From an uncultured Chloroflexota bacterium (GTDB taxonomy: Bacteria; Chloroflexota; Anaerolineae; Aggregatilineales; Phototrophicaceae), in the NCBI GenBank assembly GCA_937870805.1, contig CALMZT010000419.1, positions 1-50,072 on the forward strand: a stretch of 50,072 bases of DNA. Direction: 5' to 3'. The notes under the pieces are model-generated. The model did no database searches. It was not told the origin of the DNA and was given only the letters and a program-made list of their open reading frames with translations. Positions 1-15,375 of the stretch are shown here, piece after piece. The position numbers and the translations under genes are program-made. The first letter of the stretch is position 1. Each line of letters begins with the position of its first letter.

Positions 1-111
1 GCAGGGCTTGCTGGATGACTATTTGCGTTCGCAACTCCGCTCCCCGGCTATCCAGATGCAGTTTGCGTAAGTCCTATAAGATTAATTTCCATCACACTTC
101 TCATTGTACTC

Positions 112-3100
112 GTGACATTATTGGCGACAGGTCCGACCTACGCGGCGACTTTTGTGGTCACAAAAACGGCTGACACTAACGATGGTACATGTAGTGTTGC
201 GGATTGTTCGCTGCGAGAGGCAGTTGTAGCGGCGAACGCGGCAGGGGGAGCAGACATCATCACCCTGCCAGCAGGAACGTACTCGCTCACATCAGGGTTC
301 GGTACACTTCCTGTGACTAGCAATATCACCATTAATGGTGCGGGAAGTGGTACTACAACCATCAATCATGTCAGTGGCACATTCCGCCTTTTTAGTGTTA
401 GCAGTAGTAACAATGGTAACCTGACCCTCAACGGCGTCACCCTCACCAACGGGGGTGGTAATGGTGGGGCGATCACGATCACCAACAACAATACAGTCGT
501 CACTGTCAACAACAGCGTACTGTCCGGCAACACTGTGACTGGCAACGGCGGTGCGATTGCAGTCGTCCCCGGAGCTGCGGCTACTGCGACTGTCACCATC
601 AACAGCAGCACTATCAGTGGTAACACGGCGAGTGGGCTTGGTGGTGGTATTTATAATGCTGGTAATTTGTCTACCGCTAACACGAGTATTATAAGCAGTA
701 CCATTAGCGGCAACACGGCGGCTGGCGGGGGTGGTATTTACAATCATGCGACCAACGCTGGTACAGCTACCCTCAATGTTTTTAGAAGTGCGATAACAGG
801 TAACAACACTTCAGGAACTAATGACGGCGGTGGTATCTACAACAATGGTAGTGGTTTAGGTACTAATGCCAACCTTAACATCGCGAACAGCACCATTGCG
901 ACCAACACGGCAACGCGCAATGGTGGTGGCATTTACAACACTAACAGCACTGGTTTTCTTAACAATGGAAACTCTAATGTCAACCTTAGCAACGTGACTA
1001 TCACCCTCAACAGCGCAGGCGCTGCTGCTACCGCAGGGGGTGGTGTTTTCCGTAATCAGGGCAATCTGAGGCTGAGAAATAGCATTGTCTCCGGTAACAG
1101 CGGCACGGGCGCACCGGATTGTGCTGGTACTATGACGATCAGCGGCAGCACTGTGATCGGCAATACGACTGGCTGTACGGCGGTTGGGTCAATCGCAGGA
1201 CCTGCTAATCTAGGACCAGCCCTTAACAATCCTACAACCTACTACCCATTACTAGCAGGCAGTACGGCACGCAACGCTGTAACGCCAGCTAACTGCACGT
1301 ACCTTGCCAATAATGGCGCGAACCCGATTGTGGCGATGACTGGCGCGGTCACTATTGACCAACGTGGTATCACCCGTCCGCAGGAGACCAACTGCGATGC
1401 TGGCGCGGTAGAAATGGCACCGCCCGTCGCAGTGGACGACTGCACGCCAGGTTACAGCCTCTACGAAAATAACATCCTGGTTGTGCCAGATGTCAGTGGT
1501 GTACAGGCAAATGACACTGACGCCGACGCGGCAATCATGGGCGATTTCCTCAACACGACACTTGTTTCATCTTCACCCCCATCAGGGATTACCTACTTCG
1601 ACGAGTTTGGACTGGATGGCTCGTTTGTCTTTAACCCCGGCGATGCCAATGGGTTTTTCACCATTACCTATTCGCTCACCGATAACTACGGCGGCTCGGA
1701 TACAGGCGATTTCTGCATCACCGTCATCGAAGTCAACGACCCGCCAGTGGCAGGCGATGACAGCGCGACGGTGGCAGAAGACTCCGGCAGCACCATCATC
1801 AACGTGCTAGGCAACGACAGCAAGGGACCCGCCAACGAGAGTGGACAGACCTTGACGGTCACCATCGTGAGCGATCCCCCGAACGGCAGCACGGTGAACA
1901 ACGGCACGAACGTGAGCTATACCCCCGATCCCAATTACTTCGGATTGGACAGCTTCACTTACACGGTATGCGATAATGGCACCACCGACGGCGACCCTGA
2001 CCCGCAGTGCGACACGGCGACGGTGACGGTGACGGTCACAGCGGTCAACGATGCGCCAGTGGCAGTCAATGACAGCGACACGACCAATGAAGACAACGCG
2101 GTCACGACCAACGTGCTGGCGAACGATACCGACGTGGAGAACGACCCGCTGAGCGTGACGAACCTGACGCAGCCGGCGAATGGCACAACCGTCAACAACG
2201 GTGACGGCACGGTGACTTACACACCGAACGCCAACTTCTGCGGTATCGACAGCTATACCTACACCGCTAACGATGGCACGGTGAACAGCAACGTGGCGAC
2301 GGTGACGATCACGGTGACGTGCGTCAACGATGCGCCAGTGGCAGTCAATGACGCTGACACGACCAACGAAGACAACGCGGTCACGACCAACGTGCTGGCG
2401 AACGATACCGATGTTGAGAACGACCCGCTGAGCGTGACGAACCTGACGCAGCCTGCCAACGGCACGACCGTCAACAATGGCGATGGCACGGTGACCTACA
2501 CGCCCGATCTGGACTTCTGCGGTATCGACACTTACACCTACACCGCCAACGACGGCACAGTGGACAGCAACGTGGCGACGGTGACGATCACGGTGACGTG
2601 TGTCAACGATGCGCCAGTGGCAGTCAATGACAGCGACACGACGGCGGAAGATACGCCCGTGACGATTGACGTGCTGGCGAACGATACTGATGTTGAGAAC
2701 GACACGCTGACTGTCGTGAGTGTCACACAGCCTGCCAACGGCACGGCAGTGATCAATGGCGATGGCACGATTACCTACACGCCGGATGACAATTTCTGCG
2801 CCACCGATACATTCACCTACACGATTACGGACGGTGATCTGGGCGATACGGCAACCGTGACGGTAACAGTGACGTGTGTCAACGACGCGCCAGTGGCAGT
2901 GGATGACGCTGACACCACACCGGAAGACACGCCCGTGACGACCAACGTGCTGGCGAACGACACCGACATTGACAACGACCCGCTGAGCGTGACCAACCTG
3001 ACGCAGCCTGCGAATGGCACGACAGTCAACAACGGCGATGGCACGGTGACTTACACGCCCGATCAGGACTTCTGTGGTATCGACACTTACACCTACACCG

Positions 3101-5967
3101 CCAACGACGGCGCAACGGATAGCAATGTGGCGACGGTGACGATCACGGTGACGTGCGTCAACGACGCGCCAGATGCCGTCGATGACAGCGACACGACGAC
3201 GGAAGATACGCCTGTGACGATTGACGTGCTGGCGAACGACACGGACGTGGACGGCGACACGCTGACGATCACCAGCAACACGCAGGGTGCGAACGGCAGT
3301 GTGACCTGCACGGCGACGGACTGCACCTACACGCCAAATGAGAATTTCTGCGCCACGGACACCTTCACTTACACCATCACCGACGGTGAGCTGGGTGACA
3401 CGGCAACCGTCACTGTCACTATCGTCTGCGGCAACGACGCGCCAGTGGCGAACGACGACAGCTACAGCGTGAATGAAGACACGACGCTGACAGTTCCAGC
3501 ACCGGGTGTGCTCGTCAATGACAGCGATGTCGACAACACACTCGCAGAACTGAGCGTGACGGTGGTGGATGATGTCGATAACGGTACGCTAACACTGAAC
3601 AGTGACGGCAGTTTCACTTACACACCGGATGCTAACTTCTGCGGCGAAGATACCTTCATCTACGAGGTGAGCGATGGCACGCTGACGGATACAGCGACAG
3701 TTACTATCACGGTTAACTGCGTGAACGATGCGCCTGTAGCAGTAGAGGATTGCAACCCCGGCTACAGCGTCAATGAAGGTTCTGTCCTTAATGTAGGCGC
3801 GCCCGGTGTCTTGGGCAACGACAGCGATGTTGAAGGCGACTCAATGAGCGCGGTACTCGTCAGCACGACCTCAAACGGCACGCTGACACTCAACAGCGAT
3901 GGCAGCTTCAGCTACACGCCGAACGCAGACTTCTCTGGCTCAGACAGCTTTACCTACAAGGTGAGCGCCGGTCAACAGGAATCGGAAACCGTTCAGGTTT
4001 GCATCACGGTCAACAACGTACAGCCGAGCGTGACGCTGACCAAGACTGCCAGCCCGACGAGCCTGCCATATCCGGGCGGTACATTCACCTTCACACTGAC
4101 CATCACTAACAACACCAGCGAGCCGGTGACGATTACCAGCCTGACCGACAGCTATCCGCTCTCAGCGCAATGTACAGCGCTGGTCAACACGGTCATTCCG
4201 GGCAATGGCACAGTGTCCTGCACCTACACCGTCAACAAGACGGGCGCGGGTTCATACACTAACACCGCAACCGTGACCGTCCGTGACAACGAACAAAGCA
4301 CTGCGACGAGCAGTGACAGCGAAACCGTCGTCGTGCAATCACCGACAACCCCTGTGGAATGCGGTCCGAACTTTGTCCTCACGGGTCAGATCATCAATGG
4401 CACGCCTGGCAACGACCTGATCTACGGCAACGGCGGCGCGGATGAAATCTATGGTCTTGGCGGCGACGACTGCATCTTCGGTGGTCAGGGTCTGGACAAC
4501 CTGTACGGTGGTCCTGGCAACGACGTGATCTATGGCAATCAAGGTGACGACTACATTGAAGGCGGCGCTGGTTCTGATCTCATCCACGGCAACGAAGATG
4601 ATGATCTGATCCTGGGCGGCGACGACAATGACCAACTGTATGGCGACGCTGGCAGCGACTGCATCTTCGGTCAAAACGGCGATGACTACATCAACGGTGG
4701 CGACGGCGACGATGCTCCGCTGGTCGGTGGCGCTGGCAATGACACCATCTACGGCGGCGCAGGTCACGACGACATTTACGGCGATGGTTACACAGGCAGC
4801 AGCGGTCACGCGGAATTCCCGGCGGACTCTGGCGCGCCCGGTAACGACAACCTGTACGGTGAAGCTGGCGACGATGAAATCATGGGCGGCGGCGGCAACG
4901 ACAACCTCGTGGCGGGTCAAGGCGACGACAACATGTACGGCGAAGCTGGCGATGACCTGCTGACCGGCAACGAACGCAGCGACTACTTCGACGGCGGCGC
5001 GGGCAGCAACGATACGGCGGCAGACTTCTCATCCAGCACGGATGTTGCCTGCGTCAATATCGAGTTCGGCTGCAACGGCGATCCCGATAACGATGGTCTG
5101 CGGAACTCGGTGGACAACTGCCCGCTGGTAAGCAACGCTGACCAGGCAAACACCGATGGTGATGGCTTAGGCAACGCCTGCGACACGGACGACGACAACG
5201 ATACAGTGCTCGACGGTGGGGACAACTGCCCGCTGGTGAGCAACGTCAGCCAGACCAACACCGATGGTGACGGCTCAGGTGATGCCTGCGACAGCGACGA
5301 TGATGGCGACACAGTGCTTGACGGCGCGGACAACTGCCCGCTGGTGAGCAACGTCAGCCAGACCAACACCGATGGTGACGGCTCAGGTGATGCCTGCGAC
5401 AGCGACGATGATGGCGATACTGTTCCTGACATCTCGGATGTATGCCCCGGCTTCGATGACACTGTGGACAGCGACGGCGACGGTACAGCGGACGGCTGCG
5501 ACCCGTACCCGAACGACACGGACAACGATGGCGTGGACAATGGCGCGGATGTGTGCGCAGGCTTCGATGACGGCGTGGACACGGATAGCGATGGCACACC
5601 AGACGGGTGCGACAGCACGCCCAACGGTCTTGAAGTACGTGTTGAGCTGTCATGGAGCGACACAGACAACTACGATCTGGTAAGCTTCCATGTGGCAACC
5701 AACACCTATCCCGCGTATGGTCCGGACGACAATAACGCCTGCATGGGGGATAACGTCGGCTTCGAGCAAGTCACTTATATCGCGCCAACCCCACTCGGTC
5801 AGTACCAGGTAGACGTGTATCTGACGGGTAGTTGCGACAGCATTGCTGCCCCGTGGACGGCGACGATCTACGTGAACAACGTGGCAAGCCCGGTTGTATT
5901 CAACGGCACAGACAGCATCTCTTTCACCTTCACGCTCAACGCGGACGGGACGGTGAGCCAGCCGTAA
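112..5967 (+). CDS. Giant secreted multi-domain adhesin-like protein (parallel beta-helix repeats, Ig/cadherin-like 'tandem-95' repeats, DUF11-like module, RTX Ca-binding repeats, thrombospondin type-3 repeats)
   Basis: Single 5.9-kb ORF. The translation shows GGGIYN-type beta-helix repeats (aa ~40-330) and about nine ~93-aa VNDAPVAxxD...LANDxDxxxDxL...YTPxxxFCGxDxFTY repeats. It also has a TLTKTASP...TITNN module, many GGxGxD nonapeptides (nt ~4400-5000) and [24 protein letters not shown] TSP3 repeats (nt ~5080-5620). GTG at 112 is the first canonical start. The frame is open upstream to nt 19. Confidence 0.85.
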   Translation: MTLLATGPTYAATFVVTKTADTNDGTCSVADCSLREAVVAANAAGGADIITLPAGTYSLTSGFGTLPVTSNITINGAGSGTTTINHVSGTFRLFSVSSSNNGNLTLNGVTLTNGGGNGGAITITNNNTVVTVNNSVLSGNTVTGNGGAIAVVPGAAATATVTINSSTISGNTASGLGGGIYNAGNLSTANTSIISSTISGNTAAGGGGIYNHATNAGTATLNVFRSAITGNNTSGTNDGGGIYNNGSGLGTNANLNIANSTIATNTATRNGGGIYNTNSTGFLNNGNSNVNLSNVTITLNSAGAAATAGGGVFRNQGNLRLRNSIVSGNSGTGAPDCAGTMTISGSTVIGNTTGCTAVGSIAGPANLGPALNNPTTYYPLLAGSTARNAVTPANCTYLANNGANPIVAMTGAVTIDQRGITRPQETNCDAGAVEMAPPVAVDDCTPGYSLYENNILVVPDVSGVQANDTDADAAIMGDFLNTTLVSSSPPSGITYFDEFGLDGSFVFNPGDANGFFTITYSLTDNYGGSDTGDFCITVIEVNDPPVAGDDSATVAEDSGSTIINVLGNDSKGPANESGQTLTVTIVSDPPNGSTVNNGTNVSYTPDPNYFGLDSFTYTVCDNGTTDGDPDPQCDTATVTVTVTAVNDAPVAVNDSDTTNEDNAVTTNVLANDTDVENDPLSVTNLTQPANGTTVNNGDGTVTYTPNANFCGIDSYTYTANDGTVNSNVATVTITVTCVNDAPVAVNDADTTNEDNAVTTNVLANDTDVENDPLSVTNLTQPANGTTVNNGDGTVTYTPDLDFCGIDTYTYTANDGTVDSNVATVTITVTCVNDAPVAVNDSDTTAEDTPVTIDVLANDTDVENDTLTVVSVTQPANGTAVINGDGTITYTPDDNFCATDTFTYTITDGDLGDTATVTVTVTCVNDAPVAVDDADTTPEDTPVTTNVLANDTDIDNDPLSVTNLTQPANGTTVNNGDGTVTYTPDQDFCGIDTYTYTANDGATDSNVATVTITVTCVNDAPDAVDDSDTTTEDTPVTIDVLANDTDVDGDTLTITSNTQGANGSVTCTATDCTYTPNENFCATDTFTYTITDGELGDTATVTVTIVCGNDAPVANDDSYSVNEDTTLTVPAPGVLVNDSDVDNTLAELSVTVVDDVDNGTLTLNSDGSFTYTPDANFCGEDTFIYEVSDGTLTDTATVTITVNCVNDAPVAVEDCNPGYSVNEGSVLNVGAPGVLGNDSDVEGDSMSAVLVSTTSNGTLTLNSDGSFSYTPNADFSGSDSFTYKVSAGQQESETVQVCITVNNVQPSVTLTKTASPTSLPYPGGTFTFTLTITNNTSEPVTITSLTDSYPLSAQCTALVNTVIPGNGTVSCTYTVNKTGAGSYTNTATVTVRDNEQSTATSSDSETVVVQSPTTPVECGPNFVLTGQIINGTPGNDLIYGNGGADEIYGLGGDDCIFGGQGLDNLYGGPGNDVIYGNQGDDYIEGGAGSDLIHGNEDDDLILGGDDNDQLYGDAGSDCIFGQNGDDYINGGDGDDAPLVGGAGNDTIYGGAGHDDIYGDGYTGSSGHAEFPADSGAPGNDNLYGEAGDDEIMGGGGNDNLVAGQGDDNMYGEAGDDLLTGNERSDYFDGGAGSNDTAADFSSSTDVACVNIEFGCNGDPDNDGLRNSVDNCPLVSNADQANTDGDGLGNACDTDDDNDTVLDGGDNCPLVSNVSQTNTDGDGSGDACDSDDDGDTVLDGADNCPLVSNVSQTNTDGDGSGDACDSDDDGDTVPDISDVCPGFDDTVDSDGDGTADGCDPYPNDTDNDGVDNGADVCAGFDDGVDTDSDGTPDGCDSTPNGLEVRVELSWSDTDNYDLVSFHVATNTYPAYGPDDNNACMGDNVGFEQVTYIAPTPLGQYQVDVYLTGSCDSIAAPWTATIYVNNVASPVVFNGTDSISFTFTLNADGTVSQP
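2044..3432 (+). repeat. Five tandem ~279-bp (93-aa) near-identical coding repeats inside the adhesin gene
   Basis: GTCAACGA(T/C)GCGCCAG unit starts are seen at 2044, 2323, 2602, 2878, 3157 and 3430 (periods 279, 279, 276, 279, 273). The periodic antisense shadow ORFs in the ORF track (2259, 2538, 2817, 3093) mirror this. Confidence 0.9.
5113..5436 (+). repeat. Three tandem 108-bp thrombospondin-type-3 coding units, the last two identical over 89 nt
   Basis: GACAACTGCCCGCTGGTGAGCAACGTCAGCCAGACCAACACCGATGGTGACGGCTCAGGTGATGCCTGCGACAGCGACGATGATGGCGA occurs at 5221-5309 and 5329-5417. A diverged copy starts at 5113. Confidence 0.85.
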
Positions 5968-5980
5968 AACGGAATTCGAG

Positions 5981-6042
5981 GAGGGCGAGGCAAAAACTTC
6001 GCCCTCCAGCAAGTGCCCGGTTCATTGTGAGCCGGGCATTTT
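5981..6042 (+). terminator. Tandem hairpins downstream of the adhesin gene, the second a rho-independent terminator
   Basis: GAGGGCGA(10 nt)TCGCCCTC lies at 5981-6006. TGCCCGG(11 nt)CCGGGCA at 6014-6038 is followed by TTTT at 6039-6042. Confidence 0.6.
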
Positions 6043-6388
6043 GATTCAGGCGGGTGAATATGCATAAGAACTAGTCCTTGAATATTTTGATACGTTTTGT
6101 TATCGTTTGCCTTGTGAGACGTTCTCACAAGACAGAATAGACGGTTGTCTCATTGGCGCAAGCCTCTCTTGCAAACATGACGCACCATCAGTGTTGGCAG
6201 GAAGTGGGGCAAACGAAATCCGAACGGTGTGAGACGGTGCGCTTTTGCGCGTACAACATTGCACCATTGGGATTGGCGGGGAAGTATGGACTCCGTTCGC
6301 TAAAAAGTTCAGAATATCAAAGTTCTGGATAACCATGGCGTCTTTGTGATTCAATTTCTTTTCTCACAGGGGTTGATGCTTGTAGTTG

Positions 6389-9112
6389 TTAACCGTTATT
6401 TGCTAAGAAATCCGCAAATCCCTGCTCACCCAGAGCTGGCACACGATACACCCCAAAATCATCGCCCGCTTGATAAGACACAATCGTCTGATCACGTCCA
6501 TTCGGAAACCAAGCCTGAAGCTGTGATCGTGTATCGGTGTCGTAAACTGAATAAAAGAAGATCAGGTCTTTATCAGGGTCAAGGGCATAACGGTCTGTGC
6601 GCTGCGACGCTTGAAGCAGAACGACAGGCAGTTGATCGCGGCTGACAATTCCATTCGCCCAATCAAGGCGTCCCGCCTCGATGCCAACGGCGCGCAGATC
6701 CCACCACGATGGATAACCGATTAAAAATGCATTGCCATAGCTGCCATCGCTTTCCGCAAATCCTCGCAAAAAGCGCCCCCCCTCGCTGTAGGGCAAAGAA
6801 GAATTCTCATAGGAGATGCGGTAATCGGTAAAGTACAGATTGGTGTTGAGCAGGAAGGCACTACCCACAATCACTAGCAGCATCGCGCCTGTAATCACCC
6901 GTCCTAGCCACTTGTTGCCAATTCTCAACGTTTCATGGACGAGCAAAGCCAGCGGCAGCGCAGCAATCAGATAAGCCAGCGGCAACGCACCGCTGGTGCG
7001 GGTGGCGCTGGGGTTTTCATTGGGGAAAGCAACAGACAGCGCCGACGGCATGAGCATAATCAGCAGCGCTAAAGGAATCAGCCAATGCACAATGTCTCTG
7101 CGCCGCAGCATCAATGCCAACCAAGCAGCCAAGCCAACAATGAACAATGCCCCCGTATACAAATCCATTTCAGGATAATTCGGCACGCCGTTAATCCAAG
7201 CGATATCACCTTTCCAGTTGAACATCAACATCGCGTTGCGGATATTGCTCACCAGAATCGGGAGGTTACGGTTAAAAGCATCGAAGCGCTCTTGCATCGT
7301 AGGAGGGCGTGTCACCGGATTTCCCTGTTCATCTGTCGTTTGAATGGCATTGTCGCCGAATAAACGCCCTGAAGCGCGCAGCCAGAAAAGTTCCGGTCCT
7401 TGCACCCTGTCGTCTAACGAAAAGCTAAGCAGCGGCACAAATGCGACTAAGGCGATGATGACCAAGGCGACGAAATTCAGCAGATAGCGCAGCCGTGTAC
7501 GCCAAGAATGGGCATTAAACACAATAGCCATGAGCACCGCGACAATCACGACGACGGGCAGTATACGTACTGCCTGATAGGTATACAGCCCGAAGCCAAG
7601 CACCAAACCTGCTTTGATAAAGTCTCCACGTCGGTTATCACGCAGCGCCCGCGTCAGATAAATCATCAGCAGCCCGACAACAGCCGGCGTCAGCACAATA
7701 CGCAGCGACAGCCGCGTAATCGATACATGCCAATAGCTCACTGCTACCAATAGTGCCAGCAGCAGCCCGACTGTAGTGCCCAGCCGCGAGTTATGCGGAC
7801 CTACGATTTCGCGTCCCATGAAGAACAAAATCGGCAGCGTCAGCAGGCTTTCGACAACCGCCAGCAGCTTGAGCGTCCCAAAATTCATCCCCAGTCCTGG
7901 CAGTTGAGAGAACAACGCCATCGCATACATTTGGAAAGGTTCACGCCCGCCGTTATTGGCAAAAAAAATCTGGTGATTGCCATCCAGCACGCGCTGGGCA
8001 TCCAGAAGCTTTTCTACGTGGTCGCTTGTCATTTCGGGCGGCACACTCGTGCCCGCCGCGGGGTCACCATTCAAATTGTGCAGGCGGAAATAAGCGCCGA
8101 TTAAAACAATGAAAATCAAAAAGGTCGCTGTCCAACTCCACCGAGGGCGAAATTGACGGAGCTTTTGTATCTGTAAAACTATTTCCTGGATTGGATTCCA
8201 ACTCACGGGAGACAACGCCAGCGACCATAGCACTACACTTGCCATCCATGTCCAAAAGCCTAGCGTTGTGAACTGATTGCCTGGGTTAGCGCTCCATGCC
8301 GTGCTGCTCAAAACCAGCCCGATTGCTGCCAAAAATCCTCGGATGACATAGCCATTGATACTGGCTCTCTCAGACTGCACCTCGGATACGCTGCTCGTTT
8401 GCGGAAGCCAGCGCGCGCCCAGAACTTGCAGCGCGATCCACAACACGCCGCCAATCGCCGCCAGAATAAAGCCAACATCCAGCGATGTCCACACATTTGG
8501 GTTGTAGGGTGAGTTAAAAATGGCGACGATGATAATTACAAAACTGACCAGCAAAAGCCCAACAGGCACAGCACGCAGCTCAGCAAGAAGGTGTTGTGTT
8601 GGGCTTTGACTGTTCCACCAAGTTTTTATATCCGCCCAACTGAAATAAAACTCCGCCGCCACCCACACGAAGAACGCCCAAATCAGCCAAATCGCTGCTG
8701 GATTCAGCGAATTCTGCTCTCCGCGCAGGGTTTCGCTCACCATTATCCGATCCCCATTGAGCGCGAATAGAAATGCCACGAAGAATAGGGTTAAACCTAC
8801 ATAATGCCGAATTGAAAGAAGGGGGATAAAGGAAATTTGCCGCCGCGTTTTAGGCGCTGTAACGTGCTGCGGCGTCCGAATTCTAGGCGAGGTCACGACC
8901 GCATTGTCGGCATAAGATGTGCTACGGGTAATCTGAAACAATGAACGCACCGTCGCAAACGGTGCGCGCACAAGTTGTCCTATAGTCTCCGATAGGGTCA
9001 AATCTTCGAAAGCACGCTCATCCGCCGCTTCGACAACTTCCGCACTTTGCATTTCCTGATTCGCGTCAACATTTTGGGGTTCATCAACATGATCTTCGTG
9101 ATCGTGTGACAT
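6389..9112 (-). CDS. Large polytopic membrane protein, candidate GT-C fold (GT39/PMT_2/ArnT-like) glycosyltransferase
   Basis: 907-aa ORF with an ATG start and >12 predicted hydrophobic helices. The central region (FRLHNLNGDP...EMTSDHVEKLLDA...GREPFQMY...YTYQAVRILP) resembles lipid-carrier-dependent glycosyltransferases as I recall them. The C-terminal ~250 aa are soluble and likely extracytoplasmic. The family assignment is by eye only. Confidence 0.6.
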   Translation of the reverse strand: MSHDHEDHVDEPQNVDANQEMQSAEVVEAADERAFEDLTLSETIGQLVRAPFATVRSLFQITRSTSYADNAVVTSPRIRTPQHVTAPKTRRQISFIPLLSIRHYVGLTLFFVAFLFALNGDRIMVSETLRGEQNSLNPAAIWLIWAFFVWVAAEFYFSWADIKTWWNSQSPTQHLLAELRAVPVGLLLVSFVIIIVAIFNSPYNPNVWTSLDVGFILAAIGGVLWIALQVLGARWLPQTSSVSEVQSERASINGYVIRGFLAAIGLVLSSTAWSANPGNQFTTLGFWTWMASVVLWSLALSPVSWNPIQEIVLQIQKLRQFRPRWSWTATFLIFIVLIGAYFRLHNLNGDPAAGTSVPPEMTSDHVEKLLDAQRVLDGNHQIFFANNGGREPFQMYAMALFSQLPGLGMNFGTLKLLAVVESLLTLPILFFMGREIVGPHNSRLGTTVGLLLALLVAVSYWHVSITRLSLRIVLTPAVVGLLMIYLTRALRDNRRGDFIKAGLVLGFGLYTYQAVRILPVVVIVAVLMAIVFNAHSWRTRLRYLLNFVALVIIALVAFVPLLSFSLDDRVQGPELFWLRASGRLFGDNAIQTTDEQGNPVTRPPTMQERFDAFNRNLPILVSNIRNAMLMFNWKGDIAWINGVPNYPEMDLYTGALFIVGLAAWLALMLRRRDIVHWLIPLALLIMLMPSALSVAFPNENPSATRTSGALPLAYLIAALPLALLVHETLRIGNKWLGRVITGAMLLVIVGSAFLLNTNLYFTDYRISYENSSLPYSEGGRFLRGFAESDGSYGNAFLIGYPSWWDLRAVGIEAGRLDWANGIVSRDQLPVVLLQASQRTDRYALDPDKDLIFFYSVYDTDTRSQLQAWFPNGRDQTIVSYQAGDDFGVYRVPALGEQGFADFLANNG

Positions 9113-9233
9113 GTGGTCTCTGCTCTCTTGATTGGCGTGTGGACGCTACCAACGGGGCACTGATGCGCCCGAATTCATCCATTATCAAGGTTGTTGATGA
9201 CGGCTACTCAGGCGATTTAAACGGGCGATTATA

Positions 9234-13859
<4,626 letters not shown>

Positions 13860-13950
13860 AAACCCCAGTGAGCTGGGTCTAGTAGTCCACCACAGAAATA
13901 AGCGAAGAAATAGGGTATCCTAAAAGGATTGAGAGAGAAGGATACCAAAA

Positions 13951-14391
13951 ATGGGACGCAAACAAAAGCATCCGATTCACCTGAGCGCAGCAGAACGTGA
14001 GCAGTTGGAAGCGATTGCCAGAGGCGGTGAGAACAAGGTGCGGGTGGTGCGGCGGGCGCAGATGCTGTTGTGGAGTGATAGTGGCAAAAGTGATCTTGAG
14101 ATTGCCGCTTTAGTGTCGGTCACGCCCGCGACCATCGCCAACACGCGGCAACGATGGGTCGAGCAGCACAGCCTGTTTGACCAAGCGCGTCCGGGTCGTC
14201 CACCGATAATGGATGGGAAACAAGAAGCTTTCTTGGTGGCGTTGACCTGTAGCGACAGTCCTGACGGACGGGAAAGATGGAGTATGCAGTTATTGGCCGA
14301 TCGGTTAGTCGAATTACAGGTTGTGGAGCAAGCGATTTCGGATGAAACGGTGCGGCGCACGTTGAAAAAAACGAACTCAAACCTTGGCTAA
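13951..14391 (+). CDS. IS630-family transposase, N-terminal HTH part (orfA)
   Basis: The translation has HTH-like segments ([15 protein letters not shown]..., [23 protein letters not shown]). It ends 20 nt after an A7 run. Confidence 0.85.
   Translation: MGRKQKHPIHLSAAEREQLEAIARGGENKVRVVRRAQMLLWSDSGKSDLEIAALVSVTPATIANTRQRWVEQHSLFDQARPGRPPIMDGKQEAFLVALTCSDSPDGRERWSMQLLADRLVELQVVEQAISDETVRRTLKKTNSNLG
14365..14371 (+). other. A AAA AAA slippery heptamer joining transposase orfA and orfB (-1)
   Basis: Seven consecutive A at 14365-14371. orfA is in frame 1 and orfB in frame 3 (-1). Slipping here gives ...[18 protein letters not shown]... Confidence 0.5.
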
Positions 14392-15053
14392 AAGAACAAT
14401 GGTGCATTCCCAAGGTGGGCAGCGAGTTTGTGTGGCGCATGGAAGCTGTCTTGGATTTATATGCTGAAGCGTATGATCCAAAGCATCCCCAAGTGTGCTT
14501 TGATGAGCGTCCGGTGCAATTGTTGGGTGACATTTATGCACCGCTCCCGATGCAAAAAGGGCAAGCGCGGCGTTATGATTACGAGTATGCGCGTGCAGGA
14601 ACGGTCAACTTGTTTATGATGGTTCAACCGTTAGCGGGCTGGCGTATGGTCAAAACCACCCAGCGCCGGACAAAAGTCGATTTCGCTGCTTGTATGAAAG
14701 ACTTGGTGGACGTGTATTTCCCGCAGGCGGAAGTCATTCGTGTCGTCTTGGACAATCTCAACACCCATAATCCCAGTTCCTTGTATGAGGCGTTTGAACC
14801 GCAGGAGGCCCGGCGCATCCTCCGCAAACTGGAGTTTCACTACACCCCCAAGCACGGTTCGTGGTTAAACATGGCTGAAATTGAGATTTCGGTCTTAAGT
14901 CGCCAATGTTTGCAACAGCGTCTGGCAAGCATTCCTGAACTTGAAAGGCAGGTGTCTGCTTGGACGACGCAGCGCAATGCACACGCGGTTCAGATCAAAT
15001 GGTGTTTCAACCTTGAAAATGCACGTACCCGATTGGTACGTTTATATCCTTAA
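14370..15053 (+). CDS. IS630-family transposase, DDE catalytic part (orfB, reached by -1 shift at A7)
   Basis: The -1 frame from the A7 run reads [15 protein letters not shown]..., the junction motif I recall from intact IS630-family transposases. The downstream DERPVQL...VLDNLNTH...WLNMAEIE is a DDE-type catalytic region. The ORF-track start at 14415 is internal. Confidence 0.8.
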   Translation, partial: NELKPWLKEQWCIPKVGSEFVWRMEAVLDLYAEAYDPKHPQVCFDERPVQLLGDIYAPLPMQKGQARRYDYEYARAGTVNLFMMVQPLAGWRMVKTTQRRTKVDFAACMKDLVDVYFPQAEVIRVVLDNLNTHNPSSLYEAFEPQEARRILRKLEFHYTPKHGSWLNMAEIEISVLSRQCLQQRLASIPELERQVSAWTTQRNAHAVQIKWCFNLENARTRLVRLYP

Positions 15054-15075
15054 TTACTTCTGTGGTGGACTACTA

Positions 15076-15101
15076 GATGAACCTGGTTCGCGCTTGCTCA
15101 T
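15076..15101 (-). other. Displaced first codons (MSKREPGS...) of the LPXTG protein gene, separated from the rest by the IS
   Basis: On the minus strand, ATG at 15101-15099 is followed by AGC AAG CGC GAA CCA GGT TCA TC. This joins in frame to 13881 downward once the IS and one TA are removed. An in-frame stop lies upstream at 15135-15137. Confidence 0.65.
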
Positions 15102-15375
15102 AAGAATCTGACGAATAAAGCGCTTTATATGCTGTTAGCTTCATTTCAATAATAACCTAATTTCAACAATTAGATTACCTTTCTTTGATATGCTTTATAC
15201 TAGCGATCTGAGGCGATTCTCCCCCAAAGTTTTTGCCTAGTAAAGCATTAAGGTTCAAAAAACAAGATGATAGGTCTATTTAGATATAACACTATTAACG
15301 AAACCCTGCAATGAATTACCGAAATACTTCATGATAAATTTACGTTATTCAGAAATTATAGAAGGATGTAACGAG

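Larger units (their letters stand above)
13882..15073 (+). mobile_element. IS630/Tc1-mariner family insertion sequence with TA target-site duplication
   Basis: The terminal inverted repeats are GTAGTCCACCACAGAA (13882-13897) and TTCTGTGGTGGACTAC (15058-15073). They are flanked by TA at 13880-13881 and 15074-15075. The element encodes a two-part HTH + DDE transposase. Confidence 0.9.

Noticed and set aside
1-70. Open frame running from the window edge to TAA at 68-70 (…[20 protein letters not shown]), possibly the 3' end of an upstream gene.
   Set aside because: Only 22 codons are visible, with no recognisable motif. This is too little evidence to call a feature.
138-5698. Numerous 60-230-aa ORFs on both strands inside the adhesin gene (for example the periodic 75-83-aa minus-strand set at 1959-3326, and 4339-4920, 4983-5669).
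   Set aside because: Their periodicity simply mirrors the 279-bp coding repeats. All are nested in a 5.9-kb ORF with clear domain content.
15076-15375. Hin-like arrangement in which the whole recombinase gene plus the AT-rich spacer would be an invertible segment controlling the LPXTG gene.
   Set aside because: I found no convincing inverted repeat between 15076-15375 and 16021-16175. Only the local IR within the recombinase leader is supported.
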